The notes: generated by a model from the sequence alone, not told the origin. A DNA stretch of 64,000 nucleotides from Bigelowiella natans CCMP2755 (GCA_000320545.1 ADNK01001083.1:63683-127682), one strand, 5' to 3'; shown: positions 1 to 12,746, numbered from the stretch's first letter. Numbers and translations: made by a program.

Positions 1-67
<67 letters not shown>

Positions 68-984
68 ATGGAGTGCGTGTGATCCTAAATATACTGTTTA
101 TCATACCGTCGTCAGTCTTCCCCATAATGTATCGTGCTTTAGACGATTGTTTTGGAGCGCCTCATCTAAACAGAGAGAATATATCAACACACACAAACAC
201 ATACAAAAGCAAAAGAGAGCTTGATAGAGGAAAAGGCTTCAAGAAAACCAAAAATATTTCCATGTAACAATATACATAAGGAATCTTTCTCCGCAGAGTT
301 AGCACTGACCTAGCCTCCCTGCGGACATGGCAGATTCCGCCAACTGATGGGAAGTTAAAGAATTGAATGGCGCATGCTTAAGAAAGACGAGAGAAGGAGA
401 GAACTTACAGTTTTCAAGATATAGACTTATGTGCCGTAATACCTTAGCAGGAAGGCCTTTGCAATCAGCTATTTTATCGCTCCAAAAGTCGGCGTTTCTG
501 ATCCAAACACATGCATTTATTATTCATAATACGAAATCCTTCTTTCGAAAAGGAAACCTACCCAAACGAAGTGTCGGGCGCATGCGCACTCACGCATACA
601 AACAACTTCTTTCAACAGAGGAGGGGGGGGGGATATACCCGAGGCTTGTAATGGGAGCCCTATCTCCATGACGATGGATGATTTGTACCAGCTTCGGGGT
701 GGGGGACTTCGCATCTGAGCAGAGAGAACGCTATGAGGATGATATTGATGACGCCGTACAAGTTCACTCTCCGATACGTATGACCTCGCCATTGCTGTTT
801 ACCTCCTCCTAATTTGGGTAGGACTTCACTGCTCATGCCTCTCCCCCCCATAAGCACTCGTCGTGCAGCAGCGTACGATGACGAAGAGGTACTCCTACAA
901 GAGGAGCGACAAATTTCAGGTGATTACCGCAACCAACAAGGCACGTGCGTCCACACGTCTCCCAAACCTCTTGATGTGTCTCAT
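1..984 (-). CDS. Histidine acid phosphatase (His_Phos_2, ACP6/ACP2-like); 5' part only, 3' end lies beyond the window start
   Basis: Hand-spliced GT-AG exons give MRHIKR|STSSSYAAARRVLMGGRGMSSEVLPKLGG|DAKSPTPKLVQIIHRHGDRAPITSLG|NADFWSDKIADCKGLPAK|HAPFNSLTSHQLAESAMSAGRL|ARYIMGRLTT. It contains the RHGxRxP catalytic motif (~655-675) and a GxLT motif. The Arg/Ser-rich N-terminus resembles a mitochondrial presequence. The start at 984 is inferred. Confidence 0.8.
2..66. repeat. Compound (AT)n(GT)n microsatellite, representative of dozens of intronic microsatellites in the window
   Basis: Directly visible. Similar tracts lie at ~2880, 5395, 11010, 12300, 19000, 28170, 30590, 33160, 56050, 61750 and 63310. 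Confidence 0.95.
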
Positions 985-1297
985 GAGTTCTTAGCAAAGA
1001 GTCCAAATAGGACAAAGGATGTATGTTCGGGGGGAGGGGGCAGAGAAGGCAATCTCGGATCGGAACTGAAAAAGACCGGGAGAACTTCAGGAGAAGCTCC
1101 TCGAAACACCGAAAGTGTTACAGGATATTTTTCCATTGCGTCATCAATAATATTATTGTCGCAAGTAATTTACCGCATTAAATTTCGATCATACAACATT
1201 CCAGCATGTCACAGTACGAACTGAGAGAAAAGGGGATCCCCACCTCCCTCTCCCCCCCCTCGCCACTCTGAAAGGACTCCTAACTTCGCTGTGCTCT

Positions 1298-2552
1298 ATG
1301 GGACGAACAATTCGCATATTCCGTGGAGGTCTGGCCTCTCTTCGAGGAGTACGCCATCGCCCCCATCGTGGCTTTACCTCACTAGCGGAAGCGTCACCAT
1401 TGGACAGGTGAAGGGAACGATTCGAATGGTGGTTTCGGAACCGAGTTTACGTTCGAAGCTGAACTGCTTGGCCAATTACCTCCTCACCCCTTCTTCCTAA
1501 TATCTTAAGATTTATGGGTTCCTCGCAGAACAACTTCAATACTGGAATTCCTCCTTCATTCTCTTTGGAGGTGTTAGACCATCATCACTCGATCTTTGCC
1601 GTCAAAACGTGCAATCCCTAATCCTTCCAGTCGGTGTTTGATTTTACCATCCAGGAGGGCGTGGATCGCTCTGCTGCGCGGGAATTTAGATTGCGCGTGC
1701 GTTCGGGGGAGCATGTAGAACAAACAAGGTCGGCAATGAGAGCAATATTCCGTGCTGTGTACGCACGTCGCCCCGATCTATGCATCAGTGGCTTTTATAA
1801 AAAAGTTTTTTCTTTTTTTAATCGTGGCCTATCTTACTCTTAACTCACTTCCACTCCGCATCATTGCGCTCGGCTAGTGGATGTGTGCCTGGACATGTCC
1901 AAGCAAACTTCGTGGCCCTTCCTAAAGCCTACGCGTTCGACTTCCTCGTCTTCTGTTTGAGGTAATACCGATTTGCCGCCAACTAGTGAGTGTTCAACGA
2001 GTTCCACAGGATTTCAAAGTATTTTTGGATGCAGGCCACGTTGCCTTTTTCAGATGTCACTTCGGCATTGTGTAATCAGTAGTGCTTTATTATAGTAAAG
2101 AATCAACGATTTAAATCAACCCATGCCAGCTACGTTCATGCGAGCTACTAGTGCAGAATATCCCTCCTAGATAGTGACTTATTATGATTATGCTGTTTAT
2201 GTTAATGTTGGTGTTTTTAAATCATAGAAATCCGCGTCCTTGTCCCTTGCTTGCAATGACCGATCCAGGTAGCAGGGAAATAGTATTATTTTCGTCAATT
2301 TTGCTAGCACACATAAAACACACATATCTAGTCCACACGTACACAGGCATTTCTCTCTCTTTCTCTCTCTCCCCCTCCTCTCTCTTTCTATATGTGTGTG
2401 TGTGTGTAGGTGTGTTTTCATATCCTTTGATTAATTGATTCAAGCAAATGCTGTGAAAGTGAATGTAGCAATGTATGTTCCTAGGCAAGGGTGATCCTGG
2501 AATAATCGCATCAGGGGCAGATTTAAGAACTGGTAGTAGTATTAGCAGCAGC

Positions 2553-2586
<34 letters not shown>

Positions 2587-2878
2587 ATAATAGTAGTAGC
2601 AGTTATTGTTGTTCAGAGTGTTGTCGGCTATGGGATCCATATGAGGCTCCTATTCTTATGCATGTACTCAAATGATGCAAATATATACTCGAATGATGCA
2701 AAGTTCTTTGCTCCGAATAGATATCCCTCGATATTTGGTGTTTCGTGAAGGGAAAGTTGTGGAATCAACCACAGATGTATCTGAATACTGGTAGTAGAAG
2801 AATAAGTAGTAAATGTAGAAGCAGTAAAGAAAAAAAAAGGGGGGGGAGGAGAGAAAGAGTTCCCTCCACTACAAATTT

Positions 2879-2926
<48 letters not shown>

Positions 2927-3246
2927 ACGTTGAACAGGCAATCAGATATGGTTGGATTTCTCCTAGGATGTGCGTAATTCTAATAATTCATGCTGCTCGA
3001 TACAAGATGGCTTGTTTAGAATGATGAAAACACAATAAGCCAACATGTTTCAGTCTCTCTTGGGGACATCAACAAAGCTTTTGGTCGATGTTTTGCCTAT
3101 TATTTGCCATCAGAACTGCTACTGCTGCTGGTACTATTACCACTACTACTGACTCCGTGACTTGATGCATTAGGCTCATTCTCATGGGAACAGAAGCTTG
3201 CAGATCGAAACTTAGCGCCAAGAAATGTATGCATATATAAAGATAT

Positions 3247-3278
<32 letters not shown>

Positions 3279-4012
3279 ACGTAATGTATATGCAAGAGGC
3301 GGAAAGAGTAGTGCGAAATGGCCAAAAGGTTGCTGAATATATTATGGTTCAAATAGTCTGATGCTACTATCTGTGGATGATCACGGCTGCTGATAGGTCG
3401 TGGAAGGACTGAATGTATCGATGTATCGTACATCATTGAAGAATCAGCAATCGGGCCCCTTCCAGGTCTGCGACATTTAGTTTATGTAAAACTCACTGCC
3501 ATACACAGTGTGGCGCCATAGATGCTATATTTTGGGCTGAATACTGATAACACAACATGCACGGTATGCATGGACACGCAAGTGCGAGGTTATACATGAA
3601 CACATGATGCCTTGTTTGTATTGCGCATTTGTGTACAAATCACACAACAAATAAGCCGAGTTCTCAGCTTCCATTAAACCCAAAAATAGGGCAACTTAGT
3701 GGTGTCCATGCGGCCTTACAAAGAGAGCCAAATAGAAGAGGTCAACCAGATCACCAAGGTGCAGAAAAACAGAAAAACGACCCATGCATATCTAAAGCAT
3801 CATGCGGCGAAATTGAAGCCAAGAACACAATGAATGGTTTCTTGAACCCTACGATAATACGACTATCAGCTATGTCATAGTGTTCTCAAAGAAACATCGA
3901 TACCTTGGTGATGTGATGTGACTAGAGAACAAACACCCATTATCGTATCGACGCTCGAAATTTGCTAGTCATGCAGAGACAGCTGTCTGTACACATTGAT
4001 ACTGAACATCCC

Positions 4013-4052
<40 letters not shown>

Positions 4053-5165
4053 TTACTACCTCTACTACTCCTCCTCCTTCTCCTCTCTTTTCAGTCGTAT
4101 CCTGGGGCACATGGAGGGCCTATTCACTGGGGGAATCCAGATGCATTGGGTCTGCTGACTCCTTATCCATGATCATAAAATCGACAGATTTCCAGCAACA
4201 ATAAATGCATTGCGCCGTGGTTTTCCTAGGCCCGTAGTTTGTGCAGGAAGAGTTTCATTTTTGTTTACAATTTAGGATTTTGGCGCTAGGATGCAGCATT
4301 CGATCTGTTTGCGTGAATACCAACATGATTAGATTGATTTAATGAAGTGTATAGCTTCCCTTGCCCTCACCTCCAAATGTGGACCCTCACCATGATAGCA
4401 TTAATTAACTAATAGGTATTGGTGATATTCACGATCCAGACTACGGAGACGTTACTCACATCAACAATGATGAAGTAATTGTATATCGATAATGAATGTA
4501 GTAGATTTGGTCATTCCAAACATTGGCAACCGTTTTGGGTGAATCGCCATAACTCTATCATCACGGTTGCGTCATAGAGAGGATGCTGCTCCTATTATCT
4601 TTCTTTCAAATGTTAGAAAGATGGTATCTATTGCATGGATATGTGCCTGCTTTGTCTGAAATGTAGTAGCAAATCATGATGATGACTCCAAGCTTATTGC
4701 TTGGCGACTTGTTCGGCATGCCATTTGTACGGAAATTCATTTCCGTTCCTCTAACATTGCTTTCAGGTCCCCGTCTTCTGGGCTTGCGGGGTCACGCCTC
4801 AAACCGCATTGGAAGCTGCAAAACTGCCGGTCATCTACAACACGCACGCTCAAAGCAGCTGCCAACGATTGAATAATTCAAGCACCTTTTTTCGTAGTGC
4901 TGATTCTTGGATTTTATCCTCTTGCAAATGAAATGTTGTTTCATAGATTGCGATAACTCACGCTCCTGGCCACATGTTCATCGCCGATGTGAGGTCAGTT
5001 CTTCAACACGATGTATTAGAGCCAAGCAGCATTCTCCCTCATCAGTAGATGTGGGTACTTGTGATGACACGGCTCACGGAATGTAATGGCAATTTTGTGT
5101 TTTTGCGATTACATATTAGAGATGAAGAGATGCGGCTTGATTTTAATAGCAATGCTACGGAGTAG
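1298..5165 (+). CDS. DGLUCY: D-glutamate cyclase / DUF1445 (UPF0317) family protein, about 13 exons
   Basis: Phase-consistent exons: GCVPGHVQANFVALPKAYAFDFLVFCLR|NPRPCPLL (1870-2270), DMVGFLLGC|SFSWE, MYRTS...GPFQ|GNLVVSMRPY (3420-3760), YPGAHGGPIHWGNP, GIGDIHDPDYGD (4415), VPVFWACGVTPQ (4765), ITHAPGHMFIADV (4950). The N-terminus MGRTIRIFRGGLASLRGVRHRPHRGF resembles a mitochondrial presequence. Confidence 0.93.
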
Positions 5166-5390
5166 TTTCACCTTCTGAATTCGAATGAAATGCTGGAATA
5201 GTGTGTAATCTTCGATAATTTGGCCAAGCTTATACTAAAGTTCGCTTTTAATGTTATTTGTAGCAACGTGCGTATGCCAAAAAGTTAATAATAGCACTCT
5301 ATTGCAAAACACTACTTTACATTTTAGAAAGAACTGTTTAGATAGATGCTAGGCCTATTGGACGGTTTACAACGGTAATCACACAGCAAC

Positions 5391-5433
<43 letters not shown>

Positions 5434-5559
5434 TGACAAAATAAGCGCGAGCACGAGCTGCTTCTCGCAGGCTAGCAGGGTAGCACATTGTACGAGTCTG
5501 GCCAGCGGTTGCACGTGAATCTAACACAACGTTGCTAACATTGTTGCGCCGCAACGTGC

Positions 5560-5769
5560 AAAGAGCATGTGTATGTGTGTACATGTATCATGATTTATAA
5601 AATCGCACACACGCTAGACACGTGGCAAATCAATGAAAGGCATGCATGCTAGCATGATCTGGTGATATCCCTGCTAGCTAGCTAGATCATCTATTGCGTC
5701 GACGTGATGACGTGATGACGTGATGTGAAGTATATGTGGATTACGCAACCTAGCAACGTCTGCAGCTGC
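5560..5769. other. Palindrome-dense purine/pyrimidine-alternating tract in tail-to-tail spacer
   Basis: Contains CACGTG, GCATGCATGCTAGCATG, GCTAGCTAGCTAG, GTCGAC and ACGTGATG x3, between two converging stop codons. Confidence 0.6.
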
Positions 5770-7741
5770 TCACTTTGAGCACGCCACTTTATCCTTGATG
5801 ATAGCGTTCAAACAACTCCATCCAAATGGGTCGAGGCATTCGATTGGAGAGACAGACACCAACGCCCAGGACCAGCCTCCATGCGCAGAGGTATGTACCA
5901 TGATGGATCGTGTGCTTCCTAAGCTGCCATTGTGCCACTGCGCATGCGAGTTAAGTGCCATACCCATGCCGTATGTACTCCCTGGTATAATATAATTTAT
6001 TATGTAACACTGCGAAACATACGCGCAAACACACACACACACACGCACACACACACACACACATACAAATCTGATTTCATACAATAAAACACTATATTAT
6101 ATCTCTTCCTTGTTACATACCCACCTTTACAACCAGCCTTTCGCATTTCTTGTATCACTTCCTTGCTCAGCACCTTGCCCTTTTGCAGTGCAAACGATAA
6201 CCTTACTAAAGCGCGTGGAGTGATGTGCCATCCACCATGGCTATCCATTCTTTCGACCACTTTTGGCGGGAGCAAGTCTGGAGTCACGTTCCAGTGGAAA
6301 TTAGATTTTGGCTGACATTCAATTTTTGTTTGGGAGTCGGATGATCCAGGGATTGTAGATGTTGGCTCAGTGAAAGCGTACTGGCAAGCTGTCGGCTTCG
6401 TAACAAACGCCTCGCTGGGGCCTATTCCGAGCGGAGACAGGAGCTGTTTCTGCACCCATGTCTCATAGCTTGGGTAGTCATACTCCTTCTTTGTATTTAC
6501 TTCTTTCCCACCTGCTGAATACAAGGAATTGACTGTCAACAAATCAGATTCTGGCACCGAGCATGCACTCACAATTTACGCACCTTTGGGAACATTCACA
6601 GCTTCTATCACTCGCCCAAGCAGGCAGTAACCGAAATTCGAGTAGTGGAATGAGGATCCTGGTTTGCTATAAAGTTTGCGTTCGCCAAGAACGTGCGATA
6701 TCAACTCCAGTTGAGATTTCTCTGGGAAAGAGAACATTGGGTCTTTAGCGTCATTAGTCGGTAGCCCGCTGGTGTTGTTAAGGAGATGCCGCACCGTTAT
6801 CTCTGGAATTCTGTCATCGGCTAGGGTTTCTATTTTGACCAGACGTCGTAGGAGTGGTAACACTTTGTCGTCAAACCCCAGCTTCTCCTCATCTACCAAC
6901 TGTCCGACTGCCACGGAAGTGATCGTTTTGCTCACGCTGGCTATTCGTAGAGGCATCGAAGGTTTGAGGGTGCACCCATGCCGTGCGTAGCCCCAAGCTT
7001 TCGCGAGAACTTTGTTCTCTAGAGCATTGTCTTCGCAAAATGCAACTGAGAGGCCGATGCCGCCATGTTCTGCCATGAGCTCGATAGCAAGCTTATCAAG
7101 AGGAGTCTTTCCGTCGCTTGCACGCATCACATCGACAGCTACATCGTCTTTCGAATACTTAACTTCGATGGCGGGCATCAAGAATCCTATTGCTCCCGAC
7201 TCTCCAATGGTGGGGCTCTCCACAAATCTCCAGCCAACATCTGCCTTGCATGCGGAGCAAACAGCTGTTTCCACAACGCTCTTTCCTTGGGCTAGATCCA
7301 TATGACGTCGGTTTACGAAGGTGAGACCCTGGGGTTTATTCTACAGAACAGAAATAGCAAAAAGTATTTTGACTTCACTCTGAATTCATAGCATCGAATC
7401 ATCAGGTAATCGATCGTCGGAACAAATTGGGTACGAAAGCGCTCGGAATTCTATCTCCTAATCTAAGAACATTAACGAGAAACTTCAGGATTTGTGACAT
7501 CGAAATGTGTTGTTGCAATCTCAGAGGCATATTTTGTGTGGAGGAATGATATCGTTTAGATCACTCTATTCTGCACAAAGCGAACACAGCAACGCACCTC
7601 TTTCGGCACGAACACCTGTGCGGGGCTTCCATTCCATCTATGCCCTTTCGATTGCAAGACGCAGTCAGCCAGCAGCTTTCCACATCGAGAACATACTGCT
7701 TGTTTTTCCGCAGCATAAATGAACGAGAGTTTCGATGCCAT
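5770..7741 (-). CDS. Yippee/Mis18-like zinc-binding domain fused to a serine beta-lactamase-family (class C/esterase-like) hydrolase; 4 exons
   Basis: Exons about 7741-7598, 7340-6584, 6516-6121 and 5983-5770. N-terminus: CSRC..LA...SK.H.WNG.PAQVF then CSACKADVGWRFV. Hydrolase motifs: SxxK (IASVSK), HLLNNTSGL, PGSSFHYSNFGY (YxN), GGW, YGMG and WHNGS. Confidence 0.88.
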
Positions 7742-8413
7742 CGAGCTATCTCACCCCCCCCAATCCTCTTCTCTCGGCGCTCAAACAACGGAGTCTATGT
7801 TGTGCACTCGCATGCTCGCATTGACAATGGGCGTTACTGAGCTCTCGGTTCCATTACGTGCGGTTTGGTTGTTGCGACTGCATCAATTTGTCCGTTTTCT
7901 CAAGTAAGTTCAGGTCGCAAGTCGAAAAATCGAAGTTCGGCTCAGAATCGAAGAAGATCAGCCATGTTCATCAAGTCCCTCTACGTACTACAACAATCAT
8001 CGGAACACATTTATTGTTTATTTTTCTAGCCAAAGTTTTGCGGACTACTTCCAAGCATAAATAAATAGCTCAAGCTTCGCATGAATCATGCGACTCACTC
8101 ATCACGATAGGTCTAGGTCGTTCTTGGGGGAATTTTTCATCACGTTCCACAATGATGATTAGACTAATTCAACATAATTTTGTTCAAACGACAATAAAAT
8201 CCTGTCGCAGGACCAAAATCGGCTTCGTTTTGGGAAATGTTCGGGTAACAGAAGCTACCTCAACAGAGTCTACTGGAAAGCTCCTCAGTTTTACTGGCTA
8301 TTCATCCTCGTTGCTCTCCCCCCCCAACGGAAAAGATCCTACCCCTTCCTAGAACTGAAAGAAACGCAACAGGATACTATCCCCTTTCGCTCCGTCGATA
8401 GGTCTCTGGGCGA

Positions 8414-9342
8414 ATGGGATCAGTGTGCTGCGGTTTGAAGGCAGAGGAGGAGGAGCAAGAAGTTCTACGGTAGAAACCGAGATATTTCGCGTTGTGCCTG
8501 AATGCAAATGAAAACCTTGCTCCTCTTTCTTTCAGGATATTAGGAAAGATATGTAATGCTTACGAGAGTGCACAAGTGATCGCCATTCTGGGGCCGGAGG
8601 GCAGCATTTTGTAAGTGAAATTCCACGGTTCATATTTTCCACATAGAGTTGCACGTACCATAATAATTACGATTTCGGATGATTGTGCACCTGCGATAAC
8701 TTTTATCTCTGCCAGGATTGATTTCTGGGTGGATGGAAATGCTACTAAGACTCAACGCCACGTTGCAGAGTAAGAAGCTCCACTAGCTCGATCAACATGT
8801 CATGTTCATTCCAATTTTCGTAGTCGTATATCTTACGTTCCAACTCGCTATTTTTTATTCTCCGAGTTATCTCTGTTGCCTAAATATGTTTTGGTGATTA
8901 TTTGTCAGCCATGAAGGGAAGAGTGGGGTATTCTGGACCTTGAAAAAGGCAGCAGAACAGTTTGGTACATTATCCCGATAAAGATTAGAATATTCTTCTT
9001 ATTCTTCTTCTTCGTCTTCCTCTTCCTCTTCTCTATGGTTGAGTGCTAAGTTTTTGTTTCGATCTTGCGATGCTAGGTCAAGTTAGCAATTAAATAAAAA
9101 TATGCTGGTTGTGTTACGCAATTTAATGCTAACATGATAGTAACCTCGTATTCAATGCGAGCTCATTTTAATTTGCTACTGGAAGACCACGCCATTTCAT
9201 CTCATTTTCATTCTTCATCTCACAGGTGCTCTGATGAACTGCTCTTACACTCCAATTGTGCATATCCGAGGACAGAGATACTTAGTTTCATGTTTCCACC
9301 TCCGGACTCATGTAATACAAAATTACAAATACTTGTGCGTGT

Positions 9343-9381
<39 letters not shown>

Positions 9382-9802
9382 GTATTTTTGTACAATCCCG
9401 TTTTATTCGAGGACCGTGTCAATATTTACTGTTGATATAACACGCGTATATTTTGTTTACGATTTAGATGCTGACGCTCGTATCTGCCCCCCCTGACCCA
9501 ACGCAGTTTAACACTACAGAAGCAGACAAGAAAATCAAGTAGAATAATCATTGTTTCCCCATTCACCTAACTTGCAAGTGTATAAGCAACATGCACTGGA
9601 GACTTTGTTTTGCTGATGGGATGCGAATTTCCAACTATTTTCGGTTTGATCAGAAAATTAAAAATTCTTTTGCTGACCTCATCATCTCTAGGCCCGTCCT
9701 CCAGGAATTAGAGTTCAGAATTGCAAGCGGTAAGGCTTCAAAAGCCTCTATGCGGCTACAGTCATCGCAATTGAAGCCATCTTCTCGGGAAAAGTCCAAT
9801 AA
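8414..9802 (+). CDS. Small (~160 aa) protein with N-terminal dual-acylation motif MGSVCC and a predicted roadblock/LC7-like fold
   Basis: Exons join in consistent phase across seven GT-AG introns: MGSVCCGLKAEEEEQEVLR|ILGKICNAYESAQVIAILGPEGSIL|IDFWVDGNATKTQRHVAD|HEGKSGVFWTLKKAAEQFG|ALMNCSYTPIVHIRGQRYLVSCFHLRTH|MLTLVSAPPDPTQFNTTEADKKIK|PVLQELEFRIAS|VIAIEAIFSGKVQ*. The last intron and the fold call are less certain. Confidence 0.72.
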
Positions 9803-9949
9803 TAGCATGATGCAAAGGGGCATATATGGTAGCTCACAGTACCCAACAACGTAACAATACGAATCTCTCTAGCACCGTCTTTAAATAGTGATTAGTAATA
9901 GTGATCGTCCGTCTTAGACATAAAGTGTATTCACGTCATTATCAAAATA

Positions 9950-10330
9950 GAAATTGCTCTGTGAGCTACGCTATCTAGCTATAGTACGTACGCCTGATAG
10001 TAATAAAACTCCTTGCTAGCTTGCAACGAGGCTGCACGGCATGCAGTAGTGCATGAGCGCAGCATATCTATATATCTAGATCGATATGTCTAGATGGCTG
10101 GCTAGCTGCTAGGCTGGTCCTCGCAAGTACGTTAGTAAAATACAACACCTAGCTAGCTAGATGTGCCTTAAATGAAGTACGCATGACATGGCTAGATGGG
10201 CAGTCACGTACGTGGCGCTGCTATATAACGCTGATGAGAATTAAATCGCTGCACATATACATATCTAGTCCTGTTTAGTTGCTTGTTTCATACGCCATTA
10301 TCACTACGATGCATGCGAATATAAAATGAG
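9950..10330. other. Palindrome-dense tract in tail-to-tail spacer
   Basis: Contains TAGTACGTACG, GCTAGC, TCTAGATCGATATGTCTAGA, CTAGCTAGCTAG, CACGTACGTG and GCATGC. Confidence 0.6.
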
Positions 10331-10550
10331 CGCGGGATATTGCCCCAGCGTTGTTTATGTGCATTATTTTGACTGCTAAACTGGCTGATGTTGATGAAGA
10401 GAAATAAAAGAACGGAATTCTTGTTCGTGATAAAATAACAAATTATTACGAAAATAAATATTCAGATATCCGTTTGAAACCTCTTATCAGATTATACTTA
10501 GACATCCCGCACAGCAGCCAGCAGCACAAGATTAACATAGGAGATGACGA

Positions 10551-11010
10551 CTACATCATGGTACATCGCGGTGTCATTGATGATGGCGATGGCTGCCGAT
10601 GCTGCTGCTGATGGTGATGGTACTGCAGATGGTAGTGAGGATAGGGATAGCAGCGGCGACTATTCGGTGATAGTAGCGTCCAGTTCATTCGTGTCTGCAG
10701 CATCTTTCTTTGGAGCTCCTGAGCTCTCCCCTCATGTAAAATCTGTGCAATTTGGAAATCACGACATATTAGAGGTATATCAGAGAAAGTCAGATTTGGT
10801 CGGTCTGTTGGTTCACGAGGGCAAAGTGAGTGCCAGATTCGATTTTGCATTTCTGTCCATTTTCGCACTAAAATAGTCAGAGAGAGATGGGGGGGTAACC
10901 TGCTCGCATAAGAGTGAAAACTCGGGATCCAATCGAAAGTAATCGCTCATGTTACTTGCGACCTATGATCGGTCATTATCATTCCCATCAAATCATGATA
11001 GATAACACAC

Positions 11011-11080
<70 letters not shown>

Positions 11081-11331
11081 GGGGGAAAGAGACGCACGCA
11101 CACAGAGGCACGCACGTACGCACGCACGCACAGTTTGGGTACTCTTCGCACACGTATTTACTACCACTTCCTCAAGTCCTTGCCTAATGCTTTCATGATC
11201 TGTGCTCTCAAGGCAGTGTCTAATTTAAATTATATATAATAATATGTATATCACATGTTATGCAAATGCAAAAACACTCACAAGCACAGACACTCACGCA
11301 CAACTGATATTTTATCACAAATATTTGTATA

Positions 11332-11373
<42 letters not shown>

Positions 11374-12307
11374 ATATTGTGTGTGTGTGTGTGTGTAATA
11401 CTACCGGATAACAGCGGCAGTTCCTCCATATATGTATCTTATCATCAAATCAAGAGCACCCTCTCCGAAAGGACTGTTACACCATCCAGAAGAATAACCG
11501 GAAGGGGGGGGAGGAGGAAGAGGAGTAATGGTGAACGAGGAAAGGACAATAACGCCTCTCTCTGGTTTACGCGTTAATTGTTTTTACTGCTTAACTAATT
11601 CACACGTCAAGTGTTTATTAGTCTCGCACGACTGATGTGCAAGTGTATATATTTGCAGCGAACCATGATGTAATATTGAGGAAGAATTGGCATGGTAACG
11701 CCCTTGTAAATCGCAATAACTACCATATGTTAATTTGTTCGAATAGAATAGCATGCATATCAGCATCATCATCGCCATCATTATTATCACCACCACCGTC
11801 CTCACACTCTCACTCTCATCATCTTCGCTTACGTGGAGGTCAGGTCGCACTTTCCCGTGTACGCCTCTCTCATCCCCGATATGAATGAAAAGCAGCCGAA
11901 ATAGGCAGATCGAGCTGCTAGGATGTACTTGTGCACAAACACCGTGCGGTCTTTAGAGATCTTAAGCTTTAGAATGGCGGGGTCGTTGCGCTGGAGAGGA
12001 CGATGAGAACGACTATGGAGATTATTAACCGTTGCGGGAAGTGAGGCAGCCTCCTCCTCTTCTTCTTCTTCCTCTGCGGTATTACAGACATAGAATCGTG
12101 AATTTGGAGTGGTTGTGACCGGTTCATTGGGATTTAACAATTAATTTACGTGGGAAAACTATACATCTGGCGGATTCCCAGAACAAGCCCCTCTTGGGTA
12201 ATAACATCTCAACTTGTCATCATCCTCCAAACTAGTGTGCTGATATTCTATCAATATCTTTGTCTGCACTCTATAATTTACATGCAATGCTTTGTGTGTA
12301 TGTGTGT

Positions 12308-12346
<39 letters not shown>

Positions 12347-12705
12347 CCTACTCTGAAACAGCTCAAGAATTGCGAGCAAATCTCGGTGAAGAGTCGCAGC
12401 TTCAACCTGCAGCATTGATGATGGAAGGAGAGAGCGAAGAAGAGAGAGTATATGAGGAGGAGGAGAAGGAGGAGGAGGAGGAGGAGGAGGAGGAGGGGAG
12501 GTGGAGAGATCTAGAATCGATAGTGGTAGTAATGGTAGTAGCGAAGAAGCAAAATATCTTAGTTACCTCTTTGATCTCGCTTATTAATGGAGGATGCCAC
12601 TTCCGAAGCAAATATTCCTCAGTCCGACAGCTTTGCCGACTGAATAATAAGAGGTATGGAAAACCAAGCAAGAGGCTTAGACGATATCAATGCAATGTCA
12701 CAGCA

Positions 12706-12746
<41 letters not shown>

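Noticed and set aside
814-1224. 136-aa plus-strand ORF
   Set aside because: It overlaps the minus-strand phosphatase first exons and the promoter gap, and has no motif. Treated as an antisense shadow.
10544-10876. Plus-strand ORF with a signal-peptide-like start (MTTTSWYIAVSLMMAMAA)
   Set aside because: It lies opposite the 3' end of the Kelch-BTB gene, is partly built from trinucleotide repeats, and I found no continuing exons.
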